Shown in pieces: positions 1-9,962 of a DNA stretch of 57,459 nt; within the stretch, counting starts at the first letter, position 1; the number at the start of each line of letters is the position of its first letter. The stretch is from Myxococcales bacterium (GTDB lineage: Bacteria; Myxococcota; Myxococcia; Myxococcales; JAKAPL01): assembly GCA_035508175.1 (NCBI GenBank), contig DATJNL010000021.1, positions 1 to 57,459 on the forward strand, in the 5' to 3' direction. Below the pieces are notes generated by a model, which saw nothing but the letters and a program-made list of their open reading frames with translations, searched no databases and had not been told where the DNA came from. Position numbers and translations under genes: made by a program.

Positions 1-1
1 G

Positions 2-118
2 CCCGAGGTCCTGAACGGCCTGGGCATCTCCATCCTCTCCACCTCCAAGGGCGTGATGGTCGACCGCGAGGCCAAGTCCAAGGGCGTCGGCGGCGAGTTG
101 CTCTGCACCGTCTGGTAG
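2..118 (+). CDS. rpsH: 30S ribosomal protein S8, C-terminal fragment (5' end lies outside the window)
   Basis: Frame 2 reads ...[38 protein letters not shown] and stops at TAG 116-118. This is a typical S8 C-terminus and sits directly upstream of rplF, as in spc operons. Confidence 0.85.
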   Translation, partial: PEVLNGLGISILSTSKGVMVDREAKSKGVGGELLCTVW

Positions 119-146
119 CCGGAAAAGCGAAGGAACGAGGAACGTC

Positions 147-704
147 ATGTCGCGCATCGGAAGACAGCCCATCGCCATCCCCGACAAGGTGAAGGTCGCC
201 GTGGAGGGCCAGTTCGTCCGCATCGAGGGCCCGAGGGGGAAGAGCACCGTTCAGGTGGCGGGGCCGATGAAGGTCACCGCCGACGGCAAGCAGATCACGG
301 TCGCCCGGGACGGCGACAGCCGCGAGGCGCGCTCGCTGCACGGGCTCACCCGCTCGCTGCTGTCCAACATGCTCTCGGGCGTGACCCAGGGCTACCAGCG
401 CACGCTCGAGATCGCCGGCGTCGGCTTCAAGGCCGAGGTCAAGGGGAAGGCGGTTCACTTCTCCATCGGCTTCTCGCACCCCATCGTCTTCCCGCTCCCC
501 GAGGGCGTCACCGCCGAGTGGAAGGAAGTGAAGGTGGCGGACAAGCAGGGCGAGGTCGTGCTCAAGAGCCACGACAAGGACCTCCTGGGCCGCACCGCCG
601 CCAAGGTGCGCGGCCTCCGGCCGGCCGAGCCGTACAAGGGGAAGGGCATCAAGTACGCGGAAGAGACCATCCGCCGCAAGGTCGGCAAGACCGGTGCGGC
701 CTAA
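147..704 (+). CDS. rplF: 50S ribosomal protein L6
   Basis: The 185-aa ORF begins [17 protein letters not shown] and ends ...[11 protein letters not shown], which are canonical L6 termini. A GGA-rich RBS lies upstream and the operon position fits. Confidence 0.97.
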   Translation: MSRIGRQPIAIPDKVKVAVEGQFVRIEGPRGKSTVQVAGPMKVTADGKQITVARDGDSREARSLHGLTRSLLSNMLSGVTQGYQRTLEIAGVGFKAEVKGKAVHFSIGFSHPIVFPLPEGVTAEWKEVKVADKQGEVVLKSHDKDLLGRTAAKVRGLRPAEPYKGKGIKYAEETIRRKVGKTGAA

Positions 705-716
705 AGGAGAGCGAAC

Positions 717-1073
717 GTGATCACCGACGTCAAGAAGGAGAAGCGCGATCGCCGCAAGGCGCACATCCGCCTGCGCGTGACCGGCACGCCGGAGCGCCCG
801 CGGCTCTCGGTCTACAAGTCGCTCAAGCACATCTACGCGCAGGTCGTCGACGACACGACGGGCGCGACGCTCGCCTACGCTTCCAGCCTCGAGGGCGAGG
901 TCGCTGGCGGGAAGGGCAAGAAGGAGGCGGCGAAGAAGGTCGGCGGCATCGTGGCGAAGCGCTGCCGCGACAAGCAGATCGAGAAGGTGGTCTTCGACCG
1001 CAACGGCTTCGATTACCACGGCCGCGTCGCGGCCGTCGCCGAGGGCGCCCGCGCCGCCGGTCTGAAGTTCTAA
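717..1073 (+). CDS. rplR: 50S ribosomal protein L18
   Basis: The 118-aa ORF has a GTG start after AGGAG and contains [20 protein letters not shown]...[12 protein letters not shown], an L18 signature. Confidence 0.95.
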   Translation: MITDVKKEKRDRRKAHIRLRVTGTPERPRLSVYKSLKHIYAQVVDDTTGATLAYASSLEGEVAGGKGKKEAAKKVGGIVAKRCRDKQIEKVVFDRNGFDYHGRVAAVAEGARAAGLKF

Positions 1074-1085
1074 GGAGACGACGAG

Positions 1086-1595
1086 ATGCCCAGCAACGCG
1101 AACGAATTCGAGCTGAACGAACGGGTCGTCCACATCAACCGCGTGGCCAAGGTGGTCAAGGGCGGCCGGCGCTTCAGCTTCTCGGCGCTCGTGGTGGTGG
1201 GCGACGGCAACGGCCGCGTCGGCGTCGGCCTCGGCAAGGCCAACGAGGTGCCCGAGGCCATCCGCAAGGGCGGCGAGCAGGCGAAGAAGCACCTCTTCGA
1301 GGTGCCGCTCTCCGGTTCGACCATCCCGCACGAGGTCAAGGGCCACTTCGGCGCCGGCCAGGTGCTCCTCAAGCCCGCCGGCGAAGGCACCGGCGTCATC
1401 GCGGGCGGGGCGGTTCGCGCGGTGCTCGAGGCGGTGGGCATTCGAAACATCCTCACGAAGTCGCAGGGGTCGCGGAACCCGCACAACGTGATCCGGGCCA
1501 CCGTCGACGGCCTGCAGCAGATCCGCAGCCCCGAGCAGCACGCCCGGCTGCGAGGCAAGGACGTGGCGGAGATTCTGCCCGGACGGGCGAACTGA
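1086..1595 (+). CDS. rpsE: 30S ribosomal protein S5
   Basis: The 169-aa ORF contains [39 protein letters not shown], the S5 dsRBD and C-terminal domain signature. Confidence 0.97.
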   Translation: MPSNANEFELNERVVHINRVAKVVKGGRRFSFSALVVVGDGNGRVGVGLGKANEVPEAIRKGGEQAKKHLFEVPLSGSTIPHEVKGHFGAGQVLLKPAGEGTGVIAGGAVRAVLEAVGIRNILTKSQGSRNPHNVIRATVDGLQQIRSPEQHARLRGKDVAEILPGRAN

Positions 1596-1654
1596 CGGAC
1601 GCGAGGCCCGTCCCGGATTGACTGGCTGCATCGCAGGCGTTACGAGGAGACCCC

Positions 1655-1879
1655 ATGGCGCTGAAAGTGACACTGGTGAAGAGCTGGGCGGGACGCCCCG
1701 AGCGGCACCGCCGCACCCTGACCGGCCTGGGGCTCTACAAGGTCAACGACGAGCGCGTGCTCCCCGACACGGCGGCCGTGCGCGGCATGGTGCGGCAGGT
1801 GACCCACCTCGTGATCTGCGAGCGGGTCGCCGGCCCCCACGTGCCGAAGCCCCGGCGGCAGCACACGGCGCAGGCCTAG
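1655..1879 (+). CDS. rpmD: 50S ribosomal protein L30 (with a short C-terminal extension)
   Basis: The 74-aa ORF begins MALKVTLVKSWAGRPERHRRTLTGLGL, which is L30-like, and lies between rpsE and rplO. Confidence 0.9.
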   Translation: MALKVTLVKSWAGRPERHRRTLTGLGLYKVNDERVLPDTAAVRGMVRQVTHLVICERVAGPHVPKPRRQHTAQA

Positions 1880-1894
1880 GCAGGAGGAACGACC

Positions 1895-2335
1895 ATGAAA
1901 CTGCACGCAATGAAGGCGCCGCACGGCTCGTCCGAGAGACGCAAGCGGGTGGGCCGCGGCCAGAGCTCCGGCCTCGGCAAGACGGCCGGGCGAGGCGGCA
2001 AGGGCCAGAAGGCCCGCAGCGGCAACATGCACTTCGAGGGCTTCGAAGGCGGCCAGATGCCGCTGCAGCGCCGCCTGCCGAAGTTCGGCTTCAAGAACCC
2101 GTTCCGGAAGGAGTTCGCCCCGGTGAACGTTGTCGACCTGGCGCGCTTCGCGGCCGGCACGGTCGTCGACCCCGAGGCGCTCGAGAAGGCGGGCCTGCTG
2201 AGGCAGAAGCTCCACGGCGTGAAGATCCTCGGCGACGGCGCGCTCGACCGCGCCCTCACCGTGCGGGCGCACCGCTTCAGCGCCTCCGCCAAGGAAAAGA
2301 TCGAAAAGGCCGGAGGCAAGGTGGAGGTCATCTGA
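1895..2335 (+). CDS. rplO: 50S ribosomal protein L15
   Basis: The 146-aa ORF contains [28 protein letters not shown], the L15 signature. Confidence 0.95.
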   Translation: MKLHAMKAPHGSSERRKRVGRGQSSGLGKTAGRGGKGQKARSGNMHFEGFEGGQMPLQRRLPKFGFKNPFRKEFAPVNVVDLARFAAGTVVDPEALEKAGLLRQKLHGVKILGDGALDRALTVRAHRFSASAKEKIEKAGGKVEVI

Positions 2336-2336
2336 G

Positions 2337-3662
2337 TTGGCCGCGTTTGCCAACGTCTTCAAGATCCAGGAGCTGCGGCGCCGGCTGATCTTCACGGTCG
2401 GCATGCTGGCGATCTACCGCATCGGCATCTTCGTCACGACCCCGGGCGTCAACCGGGAGGCCATGCAGGAGCTGATCAAGTCCGGCGGCCTCTTCGGCAT
2501 GTTCAACCTCTTCTCGGGCGGCGCGCTCGAGCAGTTCTCGATCTTCGCGCTCGGGATCATGCCGTACATCTCGTCGTCGATCATCCTCCAGCTCTTGACC
2601 GTGGTCGTCCCCACGCTCGAGAAGCTGCAGAAGGAGGGCGAGGCCGGCCGGCAGAAGATCAACCAGTACACCCGCTACGGCAACATCCTGCTCTCCATCG
2701 CGCAGGGCTACGGCATCGCCCGCTTCCTCGAGAACCCCGAGAACGCGCGCAAGGCCGCCGGGGTGGCGCTGCAGATCGTCCAGCACCCGGGCCTGCCGTT
2801 CGAGCTGATGACCGTGCTGACGCTCACCGCCGGCTCCACCTTCGTGATGTGGCTCGGCGAGCAGATCACCGAGCGCGGCATCGGCAACGGCATCTCGCTG
2901 CTCATCTTCGCGGGCATCGTGGCGCGCATCCCCTCGGCCATCGCCTCCACGGTGGCCCTCTACCAGAACAACCAGATCACCGAGTTCGAGCTCGTCATCC
3001 TGGGCGTCCTCATGCTGGTCGTGGTGGCGGCGGTGGTCTTCGCCGAGACCGGCTACCGCCGCATCCCCGTGCAATACGCGAAACGGGTCGAGGGGCAGAA
3101 GATGTATGGGGGGCAGTCGACCCACTTGCCGCTCAAGTTCAACACCTCGGGCGTGATGCCGCCGATCTTCGCCTCGTCGATCCTGCTGTTCCCGACCACG
3201 CTCGCGTCGTGGTTCCCGATCCTGGCGGCGTTCGGGCAGCACATGAACCGCGCCGACTGGCTCTACAACTCGCTCTACGTGGTCCTGACGATCTTCTTCG
3301 CGTACTTCTACACGGCGGTCACGTTCAACCCCATCGACGTCGCCGACAACATGAAGAAGAACGGCGGTTACATCCCGGGCATCCGGCCGGGCAAGAAGAC
3401 CGCCGAGTACATCGACCACGTGCTGTCGCGCATCACCTTCGGCGCGGCCATCTACCTGTCGGCGGTCTGCGTGCTCCCGAACCTGTTGCAGTCCCAGGCC
3501 GGGATCACGAGCTTCCGCTTCGGCGGCACCGCCCTGCTGATCGTCGTGGGCGTGGCCCTCGACACCGTGCAGCAGATCGAAGCCCACCTGATCACGCGCC
3601 ACTACGAGGGGTTCATCACCAAGCGCGGTCCCAGGATCCGGCGCCGCGCCGAGGCGGCGTAG
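2337..3662 (+). CDS. secY: Preprotein translocase subunit SecY
   Basis: The 441-aa multi-TM ORF has a TTG start one nt after the rplO stop and contains [18 protein letters not shown]...[15 protein letters not shown], conserved SecY motifs. Confidence 0.97.
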   Translation: MAAFANVFKIQELRRRLIFTVGMLAIYRIGIFVTTPGVNREAMQELIKSGGLFGMFNLFSGGALEQFSIFALGIMPYISSSIILQLLTVVVPTLEKLQKEGEAGRQKINQYTRYGNILLSIAQGYGIARFLENPENARKAAGVALQIVQHPGLPFELMTVLTLTAGSTFVMWLGEQITERGIGNGISLLIFAGIVARIPSAIASTVALYQNNQITEFELVILGVLMLVVVAAVVFAETGYRRIPVQYAKRVEGQKMYGGQSTHLPLKFNTSGVMPPIFASSILLFPTTLASWFPILAAFGQHMNRADWLYNSLYVVLTIFFAYFYTAVTFNPIDVADNMKKNGGYIPGIRPGKKTAEYIDHVLSRITFGAAIYLSAVCVLPNLLQSQAGITSFRFGGTALLIVVGVALDTVQQIEAHLITRHYEGFITKRGPRIRRRAEAA

Positions 3663-3663
3663 C

Positions 3664-4320
3664 TTGAAGCTGGTGCTGCTAGGGCCCCCGGGCGCCGGCA
3701 AGGGCACGCAGGCCAAGCGGCTGGTCGAGAAGTACGGCCTCGCGCACGTCTCCACCGGCGACATCCTGCGGGCCGCCATCCAGCAGGGCACGAAGCTCGG
3801 GCTCGAGGCCAAGGGCTTCATGGACCGCGGCGCGCTCGTGCCCGACGAGCTCGTCGTCGGCATCATCCGCGAGCGGCTCCAGGCGCCAGACTGCAAGGCC
3901 GGCTTCGTGCTCGACGGCTTTCCCCGCACCGTGCCCCAGGCCGAGGCCCTCGATCGCGTGCTCGCGGGGCTGGGGAGCCGGCTCGACGCCGTGGTGGCCA
4001 TCGACGTGAGCGACCAGACCGTCATCGACCGGAACACGCAGCGCCGCAGCTGCCCCAAGTGCGGCGCGACCTACCACCTGGTCAACGCGCCCCCGCAGAA
4101 GCCCGGCGTCTGCGACAACGACGGGACGGCGCTCGTGCAGCGGCCGGACGACCGGCCGGAGCAGATCAAGAAGCGCATGGCCGAGTACCGCGAGAAGACG
4201 GAGCCGCTCAAGGCCTTCTACCGCAAGCAGGGCCTGCTGCAGGAAGTCGACGGCGGGCAGCCGCCGGACGACGTGTTCGCGCGGCTGGTCGGAGCGCTGC
4301 CCCGGGCAGTGTCCCGATGA
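3664..4320 (+). CDS. adk: Adenylate kinase (zinc-lid type)
   Basis: The 218-aa ORF has the P-loop GPPGAGKGTQ and a lid reading CPKCGATYH...CDNDG. It has a TTG start and sits after secY. Confidence 0.97.
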   Translation: MKLVLLGPPGAGKGTQAKRLVEKYGLAHVSTGDILRAAIQQGTKLGLEAKGFMDRGALVPDELVVGIIRERLQAPDCKAGFVLDGFPRTVPQAEALDRVLAGLGSRLDAVVAIDVSDQTVIDRNTQRRSCPKCGATYHLVNAPPQKPGVCDNDGTALVQRPDDRPEQIKKRMAEYREKTEPLKAFYRKQGLLQEVDGGQPPDDVFARLVGALPRAVSR

Positions 4321-5183
4321 GCCGCGGCTCCGCCGACATCAAGGGCGCCGCCGAGATCGAGCTCATGCGGCGGTCCGGCCGCATCGTCTGGGAGATCCTC
4401 CAGGAGATGGCCGGCATGGCCCGCCCCGGCGTCTCCACCTTCGAGATCGACCGCGTGGCCGAGCGGCTCATCCACGAGAAGGGCGCGAAGCCGGCCTTCA
4501 AGGGCTACAAGGGCTTCCCCGCCTGCGTCTGCATCTCCATCAACGAGGAGGTCGTCCACGGCATCCCCAGCAAGAAGCGGCTGCTGCGCGACGGCGACCT
4601 GCTCTCGCTGGACTTCGGCGTGGTGTGCGAGGGCTGGTACGGCGATTCGGCCGTCACCGTGCCGGTGGGCCGCGTGGACGCGCAGTCGCAGAAGCTCATC
4701 GACGTCACCCGCGCCGCCATGCACGCGGGCATCGCCGCCATCAAGCCCGGCGCGCGCCTCCACGACATCGGCCACGCGGTGCAGGCGCTCGTGGAGAAGA
4801 ATGGCTTCTCGATCGTGCGCGACTTCGTGGGCCACGGCATCGGCCGCCACCTCCACGAGGATCCGCAGGTGCCGAACTACGGCGACGCCGGCACGGGCCC
4901 GCGCCTGAGGCCCGGCATGGTGCTCGCCATCGAGCCCATGGTGAACGCGGGCAGCCCCGACGTGCTGCTCCTCGAGGACGGCTGGACCGCGGTCACCGCC
5001 GACGGCCAGCGCTCCGCGCACTTCGAGCACACCGTGGCCGTCACCGAGACGGGCGCCTCCATCCTGACCCTCCCCGAGGGGGTGGCGGCGGGCCTGGAGG
5101 GCCAGCAGGCGGCCGAGGTTGCAAGCGCCGACGCAGCATGTTATATGCCCCGGCTCCCCAACGCCGTGGTAGCGAAAGGGTAG
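4317..5183 (+). CDS. map: Type I methionine aminopeptidase with a ~40-aa C-terminal tail
   Basis: The internal ATG at 4317 overlaps the adk stop (ATGA). The product MSRGSADIKGAAEIELMRRSGRIV...FVGHGIG...HFEHTV carries MetAP metal-ligand motifs. The upstream part of track ORF 4059..5183 is the adk shadow frame. Confidence 0.93.
   Translation: MSRGSADIKGAAEIELMRRSGRIVWEILQEMAGMARPGVSTFEIDRVAERLIHEKGAKPAFKGYKGFPACVCISINEEVVHGIPSKKRLLRDGDLLSLDFGVVCEGWYGDSAVTVPVGRVDAQSQKLIDVTRAAMHAGIAAIKPGARLHDIGHAVQALVEKNGFSIVRDFVGHGIGRHLHEDPQVPNYGDAGTGPRLRPGMVLAIEPMVNAGSPDVLLLEDGWTAVTADGQRSAHFEHTVAVTETGASILTLPEGVAAGLEGQQAAEVASADAACYMPRLPNAVVAKG
5119..5147 (+). promoter_or_regulatory. Candidate sigma70-type promoter for the alpha operon, embedded in the map 3' end
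   Basis: TTGCAA (5119-5124), a 16-17 nt spacer, then TTATAT/TATATG (5141-5147). This is an isolated AT-rich motif in GC-rich coding DNA about 40 nt upstream of rpmJ. Confidence 0.3.
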
Positions 5184-5186
5184 GCC

Positions 5187-5303
5187 ATGAAGGTACGGGC
5201 TTCGGTCAAGAAGATTTGCGACAAGTGCACGGTGATCCGCCGCAAGGGAGTGGTGCGCGTCATCTGTTCGGCGAATCCCCGCCACAAGCAGCGTCAAGGC
5301 TAA
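5187..5303 (+). CDS. rpmJ: 50S ribosomal protein L36
   Basis: A 38-aa ORF absent from the track (under 60 aa): [38 protein letters not shown], canonical L36 with its Cys/His zinc ribbon. Confidence 0.92.
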   Translation: MKVRASVKKICDKCTVIRRKGVVRVICSANPRHKQRQG

Positions 5304-5315
5304 AGGAGCGACCCA

Positions 5316-5705
5316 GTGGCACGAATTGCAGGCGTTGACCTGCCGCGCGAGAAGCGGATCGAGGTCAGCCTTCAGTACATCTACGGCATCGGCAAGACGA
5401 CGGCCCAGAAGCTGCTCGCCCAGACCCAGGTGAGCCCGGACATCCGCACCAAGGACCTCTCCGAGGACGAGGTGCGCAAGCTCCGCGAGGCCATCGAGCA
5501 GGGGCTCAAGGTCGAGGGCGATCTGCGGCGCGAGGTGTCCATGAGCATCAAGCGGCTCATGGATCTCGGCTGCTACCGCGGCCTCCGCCACCGCAAGGGA
5601 TTGCCCGTGCGCGGCCAGCGCACCCACACCAACGCGCGGACCCGCAAGGGCCCCAAGCGTGGAATCGTCCGCCGCCCGGCCGCCGTCGCGCCGGCTGGAA
5701 AGTAA
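5316..5705 (+). CDS. rpsM: 30S ribosomal protein S13
   Basis: The 129-aa ORF begins [26 protein letters not shown], the S13 signature. Confidence 0.97.
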   Translation: MARIAGVDLPREKRIEVSLQYIYGIGKTTAQKLLAQTQVSPDIRTKDLSEDEVRKLREAIEQGLKVEGDLRREVSMSIKRLMDLGCYRGLRHRKGLPVRGQRTHTNARTRKGPKRGIVRRPAAVAPAGK

Positions 5706-5714
5706 GGAACCGAG

Positions 5715-6182
5715 ATGGCCGAAGAGAAAGCCCCAGAGACCGCCGAGAAGCCCGCGGCCGCGCCCGAAGCGGCGGCTGCCGCCGGTGCCGCTGCCGGAGA
5801 AGAGGGCGGCAAGAAGAAGAAGAAGGTCAAGAAGAACGTCCTGAACGGTATCGTGCACGTGCAGGCCACGTTCAACAACACCCTGATCACCATCACCGAC
5901 GTGAGCGGCAACGTGATCGCCTGGTCGAGCGCCGGCTCGCGCGGCTTCAAGGGCAGCCGCAAGAGCACGCCGTTCGCCGCCCAGGTGGCCGCGGGCGACG
6001 CCGCCGCCAAGGCGATGGGTCACGGCCTCAAGAACGTGACCATCCGCGTGAGCGGCCCCGGCGCCGGGCGCGAGTCGGCGCTGCGCGCCATCGCCTCCTC
6101 CGGCCTCAAGGTCTCCGAGATCCGCGACGTCACCCCCATTCCCCACAACGGTTGCCGGCCGCCCAAGCGCCGCCGCGTCTAG
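5715..6182 (+). CDS. rpsK: 30S ribosomal protein S11 with an Ala/Glu-rich N-terminal extension
   Basis: The 155-aa ORF has the core [30 protein letters not shown], which is S11. An AAGGAA RBS precedes the ATG at 5715. Confidence 0.95.
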   Translation: MAEEKAPETAEKPAAAPEAAAAAGAAAGEEGGKKKKKVKKNVLNGIVHVQATFNNTLITITDVSGNVIAWSSAGSRGFKGSRKSTPFAAQVAAGDAAAKAMGHGLKNVTIRVSGPGAGRESALRAIASSGLKVSEIRDVTPIPHNGCRPPKRRRV

Positions 6183-6191
6183 GAGAAAGCC

Positions 6192-6818
6192 TTGGCTCGT
6201 TACATCGACTCCGCGTGCCGCATCTGCCGGCGCGAAAATCTGAAGATGTACCTCAAGGGGGAGCGCTGCTACACCGACAAGTGCGCCATCGAGCGCCGCC
6301 CCTACCCACCCGGCCAGCACGGCCAGGGCCGCACCAAGTTCTCCGAGTACGGCGTACAGCTCCGCGAGAAGCAGAAGGTCAAGCGGATGTACGGCCTGCT
6401 CGAGAGCCAGTTCCGCAGCTACTACCACCGCGCCTCCGCCCAGAAGGGCAAGACCGGCGAGAACCTGCTGCAGGCCCTCGAGCTCCGCCTCGACAACGCG
6501 GTGTTCCGGCTCGGCTTCGCCGACACCCGCAACGAGTCGCGGCAGCTCGTGCGCCACGGCCACGTGCTCGTGAACGGCAAGTCGGTGAACATCCCGTCGT
6601 TCGCGGTGAAGCCCGGCACCACCATCGAGATCCGCGAGAAGAGCCGCAAGATCGTGCGCATCTCGGAGTCGCTCGAGGCGGTGGACCGCCGCGGCATCCC
6701 GCCCTGGCTCGAGCTCGACAAGAAGGCGTTCAAGGGCACCGTCAAGGCGCAGCCGGCGCGGGAAGACCTGACGATGCCGATCCAGGAGCAGCTGATCGTC
6801 GAGCTGTACTCGAAGTAG
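6192..6818 (+). CDS. rpsD: 30S ribosomal protein S4
   Basis: The 208-aa ORF begins [26 protein letters not shown] and has an S4 RNA-binding domain. Confidence 0.97.
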   Translation: MARYIDSACRICRRENLKMYLKGERCYTDKCAIERRPYPPGQHGQGRTKFSEYGVQLREKQKVKRMYGLLESQFRSYYHRASAQKGKTGENLLQALELRLDNAVFRLGFADTRNESRQLVRHGHVLVNGKSVNIPSFAVKPGTTIEIREKSRKIVRISESLEAVDRRGIPPWLELDKKAFKGTVKAQPAREDLTMPIQEQLIVELYSK

Positions 6819-6931
6819 CAGGGCCGAAGCAGTTGGCGCCCGCACACCCGGAGTGGTGCGCGGCCTCCGGGGATGGGCCCGGTGGCTCGCGCGTGGATCC
6901 GGGGGCGGGCTTTCTCGAAAGGCAGTGACCC

Positions 6932-7942
<1,011 letters not shown>

Positions 7943-7977
7943 ATCGTCAGACGGGCTTTCGCCCTGAGGAGGCAGTC

Positions 7978-8544
7978 ATGCGGCACCAGAACATGGGGCG
8001 AAGGCTCGGTCGGACCACCGAGCACCGGCACGCGCTGCTCGGCAACCTCGTCGCGGCGCTGATTCACCACGAGCGGATCCAGACCACGCTGCCCAAGGCC
8101 AAGGAGGCCCGGCGGCTGGCGGAGAAGATGATCACGCTGGCGAAGCGGGCCGGGCTGCACCACCGCCGCCTGGCGGGCCGGACGCTCCGCGACGGCGACG
8201 CTCTCAGCAAGCTCTTCGCCACGCTGGGCCCGCGCTTCGCAAGCCGCGCGGGCGGTTACACGCGCATCGTGCGGCTGGGGCACCGGCTGGGCGACGCGGC
8301 GCCGATGGCGATCCTCGAGCTGGTGGAGCGCTCCCCGAAGGAGACCCCGGAGACCGGCGCCAAGACGGCGAAGCCCGCGAAGGGCGAGGCCGCCAAGGCG
8401 AAGTCCACCGGCAAGGCCGAAGCCAAGCCCGAGCCCAAGAAGAAGGCCGCCGCGAAGGCGTCGGCCAAGGAAGACAAGGCCGAGGGCGAGAAGAAGGCCG
8501 AGAAGAAGCCCGCGGCCAAGAAGGCGCCGGCGAAGAAGAAGTAA
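7978..8544 (+). CDS. rplQ: 50S ribosomal protein L17 with a ~70-aa Lys/Ala/Glu-rich C-terminal tail
   Basis: The ATG at 7978 lies inside track ORF 6853..8544. The product [37 protein letters not shown] is L17. The tail reads [34 protein letters not shown]...KKAPAKKK. Confidence 0.93.
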   Translation: MRHQNMGRRLGRTTEHRHALLGNLVAALIHHERIQTTLPKAKEARRLAEKMITLAKRAGLHHRRLAGRTLRDGDALSKLFATLGPRFASRAGGYTRIVRLGHRLGDAAPMAILELVERSPKETPETGAKTAKPAKGEAAKAKSTGKAEAKPEPKKKAAAKASAKEDKAEGEKKAEKKPAAKKAPAKKK

Positions 8545-8600
8545 CCGGTCGGTCCGGTCTCGAACGGTCTGCGGCCCGCAGCGGCGAGCGTCGGGGTCTT

Positions 8601-9608
8601 CTGGCGCGCGTCGAAAGCTTCATGGAAGACGCGCTGGGGCCCGTCGCGCGCGTGCCATGGGCTCTGGCGCAGGCCGTGGGTCTTGGAGCGCGCGTTCGCG
8701 AGCCTCCAGCGCACGGCGAAGGCCTTCCATCGCGGGGGAGAGAGCTCGTTGGACGGGCGATGGAGCTCGTTGAACGAGCCGTCATCGGTCCAGCGCACGG
8801 CGAAGGAGGCCTGGCGCGCGTCGAAGGACGTCTGGCGCAGGTCGGGAAGGCTCTTGAACGCGCGCGAAGGCCCCCAGCGCGTGCGTGAGCCCTTCAAGCA
8901 GGTGCGGGAAATCCTCCAGCGCGTGAGCGAAGCCTTCCAGCGCGTGCGCAAGGGCCTCCAACACATGCGCAATGGCTTCTCCAGCCTGCGCAATGAACGT
9001 TTGCGCGCGTTCGACGAACCCTGGCGCGGGCGCGGGAACCTCCAGCCTCTCGCGTGGAGGGTCTGGCGCGTGCTCGCCGGGTTCTAGAACGCGCTCGCGG
9101 CTTCGTTGGAGACGCCCGCGGCCTTCTGGAACCCGCGCAAGGTCTTCCAGCGCCTGCTCGACGACCTCTGGAACGTGGGCTGGAGGCCCTGGCGCACGCG
9201 CGCGAAGACATTGAACGCGCGCAAACGGTTCGAGCGCGCGTCGTGGAGGCCGTTGCGCACGTCGTGGAGGCGTTTGCACGCGCGCTCGAAGCCTTCGCAC
9301 ACGTCGGGGAAGACCTTGCACGCGTCGTGGAGGCCTTCGCACGTGCGCTGGAAGCCTTCGCGCACGTCGTGGAAGACATTGCGCGTGTCGTGGAGGCGTT
9401 TGCACGCGTGCTGGAAGCCTTCATGCACGTCGTGGAAGACCTCGCACGCCTCGTGGAAGCGTTTGCGCGCGTGCTGGAAGCCTTCATGCACGTCGTGGAA
9501 GACATTGCACGCGTCGTGGAAGCCTTCGCGCGCCTTCTGGGCGCGATCGTACGAGCGCGAGAGCCGCTGGCACGCAGCCTGGAAGGCTTCGGGCGTCGCG
9601 GAGACCCG
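8601..9608. repeat. Degenerate tandem array of about 48 units of exactly 21 nt, with a 63-nt super-period in the 3' third
   Basis: Hand segmentation from 8601 in steps of 21 nt stays in register to 9608. Units 9399/9462 differ by 1 nt and units 9420/9483 are identical. The units contain 10-bp palindromes (GCACGCGTGC, CGCACGTGCG, GAAGGCCTTC). Confidence 0.85.
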
Positions 9609-9779
9609 CGCGGGGGCTCGCAACGCAGCACCCAGGACCCTCGCGACCTCGATCGACCCGGCCGCGGGGGGAGCCCACGCGCGGTTGACCTCGATTGGCC
9701 CGCCCACGAGTGGACTCAAGGGGTTGGCGACCTCGACGCACCCGCTGGTGGCAGGACTCAGCGCGCTGGTGACCTCCAC
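9084..9779 (-). CDS. Candidate heptad-repeat protein rich in His/Cys/Phe (FHDVHEG-FQHACKR-LHDTRNV units); the coding status is unresolved
   Basis: It has a GTG start. Wobble GC is about 86% over 42 hand-counted codons, tied with the + frame that shares the same wobble positions, and its codons are typical of high-GC genomes. There is no convincing RBS, and the ORF lies entirely inside the repeat tract. Confidence 0.3.
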   Translation of the reverse strand: MEVTSALSPATSGCVEVANPLSPLVGGPIEVNRAWAPPAAGSIEVARVLGAALRAPARVSATPEAFQAACQRLSRSYDRAQKAREGFHDACNVFHDVHEGFQHARKRFHEACEVFHDVHEGFQHACKRLHDTRNVFHDVREGFQRTCEGLHDACKVFPDVCEGFERACKRLHDVRNGLHDARSNRLRAFNVFARVRQGLQPTFQRSSSRRWKTLRGFQKAAGVSNEAASAF

Positions 9780-9938
9780 GGACCGGGCCGTGACAGCCCC
9801 TAACTCGTTGGAAGCACTTGCGAACCCGGCCGCGAAGGGGCACGAACCGCTGGCGACCTGGACGGACGCGGTCGTTCCCTGACTCGACGGGCCCGTGAGC
9901 TGCCCTGACCCGGCGGTGGCCCGACCAAAGCCGACCGC
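9645..9938. repeat. Seven units of exactly 42 nt, contiguous with the 21-nt array
   Basis: The motif GACCTCGA/GACCTCCA/GACCTGGA recurs at 9645, 9687, 9729, 9771 and 9855, with degenerate copies at 9813 and 9897. All are spaced 42 nt or a multiple of it. Confidence 0.75.
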
Positions 9939-9962
9939 GGGGCTCCCGCGGGTGGCCGTGGC

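Noticed and set aside
8545-8600. A rho-independent terminator after rplQ.
   Set aside because: Only short stems are present (ACCGG/CCGGT, CTGCGG/CCGCAG) with minimal loops and no U-tract. This is not convincing.
9054-9803. The plus-strand ORF giving an attractive coiled-coil heptad (ARVVEAF ARALEAF AHVVEDI ...).
   Set aside because: Its wobble GC is clearly lower (about 74% in a hand-counted 42-codon stretch) than the alternative frames (about 86%). It uses many codons that are rare in this genome (ttt, att, gaa, gca, cgt). I kept it only as an alternative hypothesis, not as a called CDS.
8601-9940. A possible CRISPR array, suggested by regularly spaced palindromic repeats.
   Set aside because: There are no unique spacers, because the whole 21/42-nt unit repeats. 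The units are degenerate and far shorter than repeat-plus-spacer periods. No cas genes are in the window. The same reasoning applies to 15417-15857.
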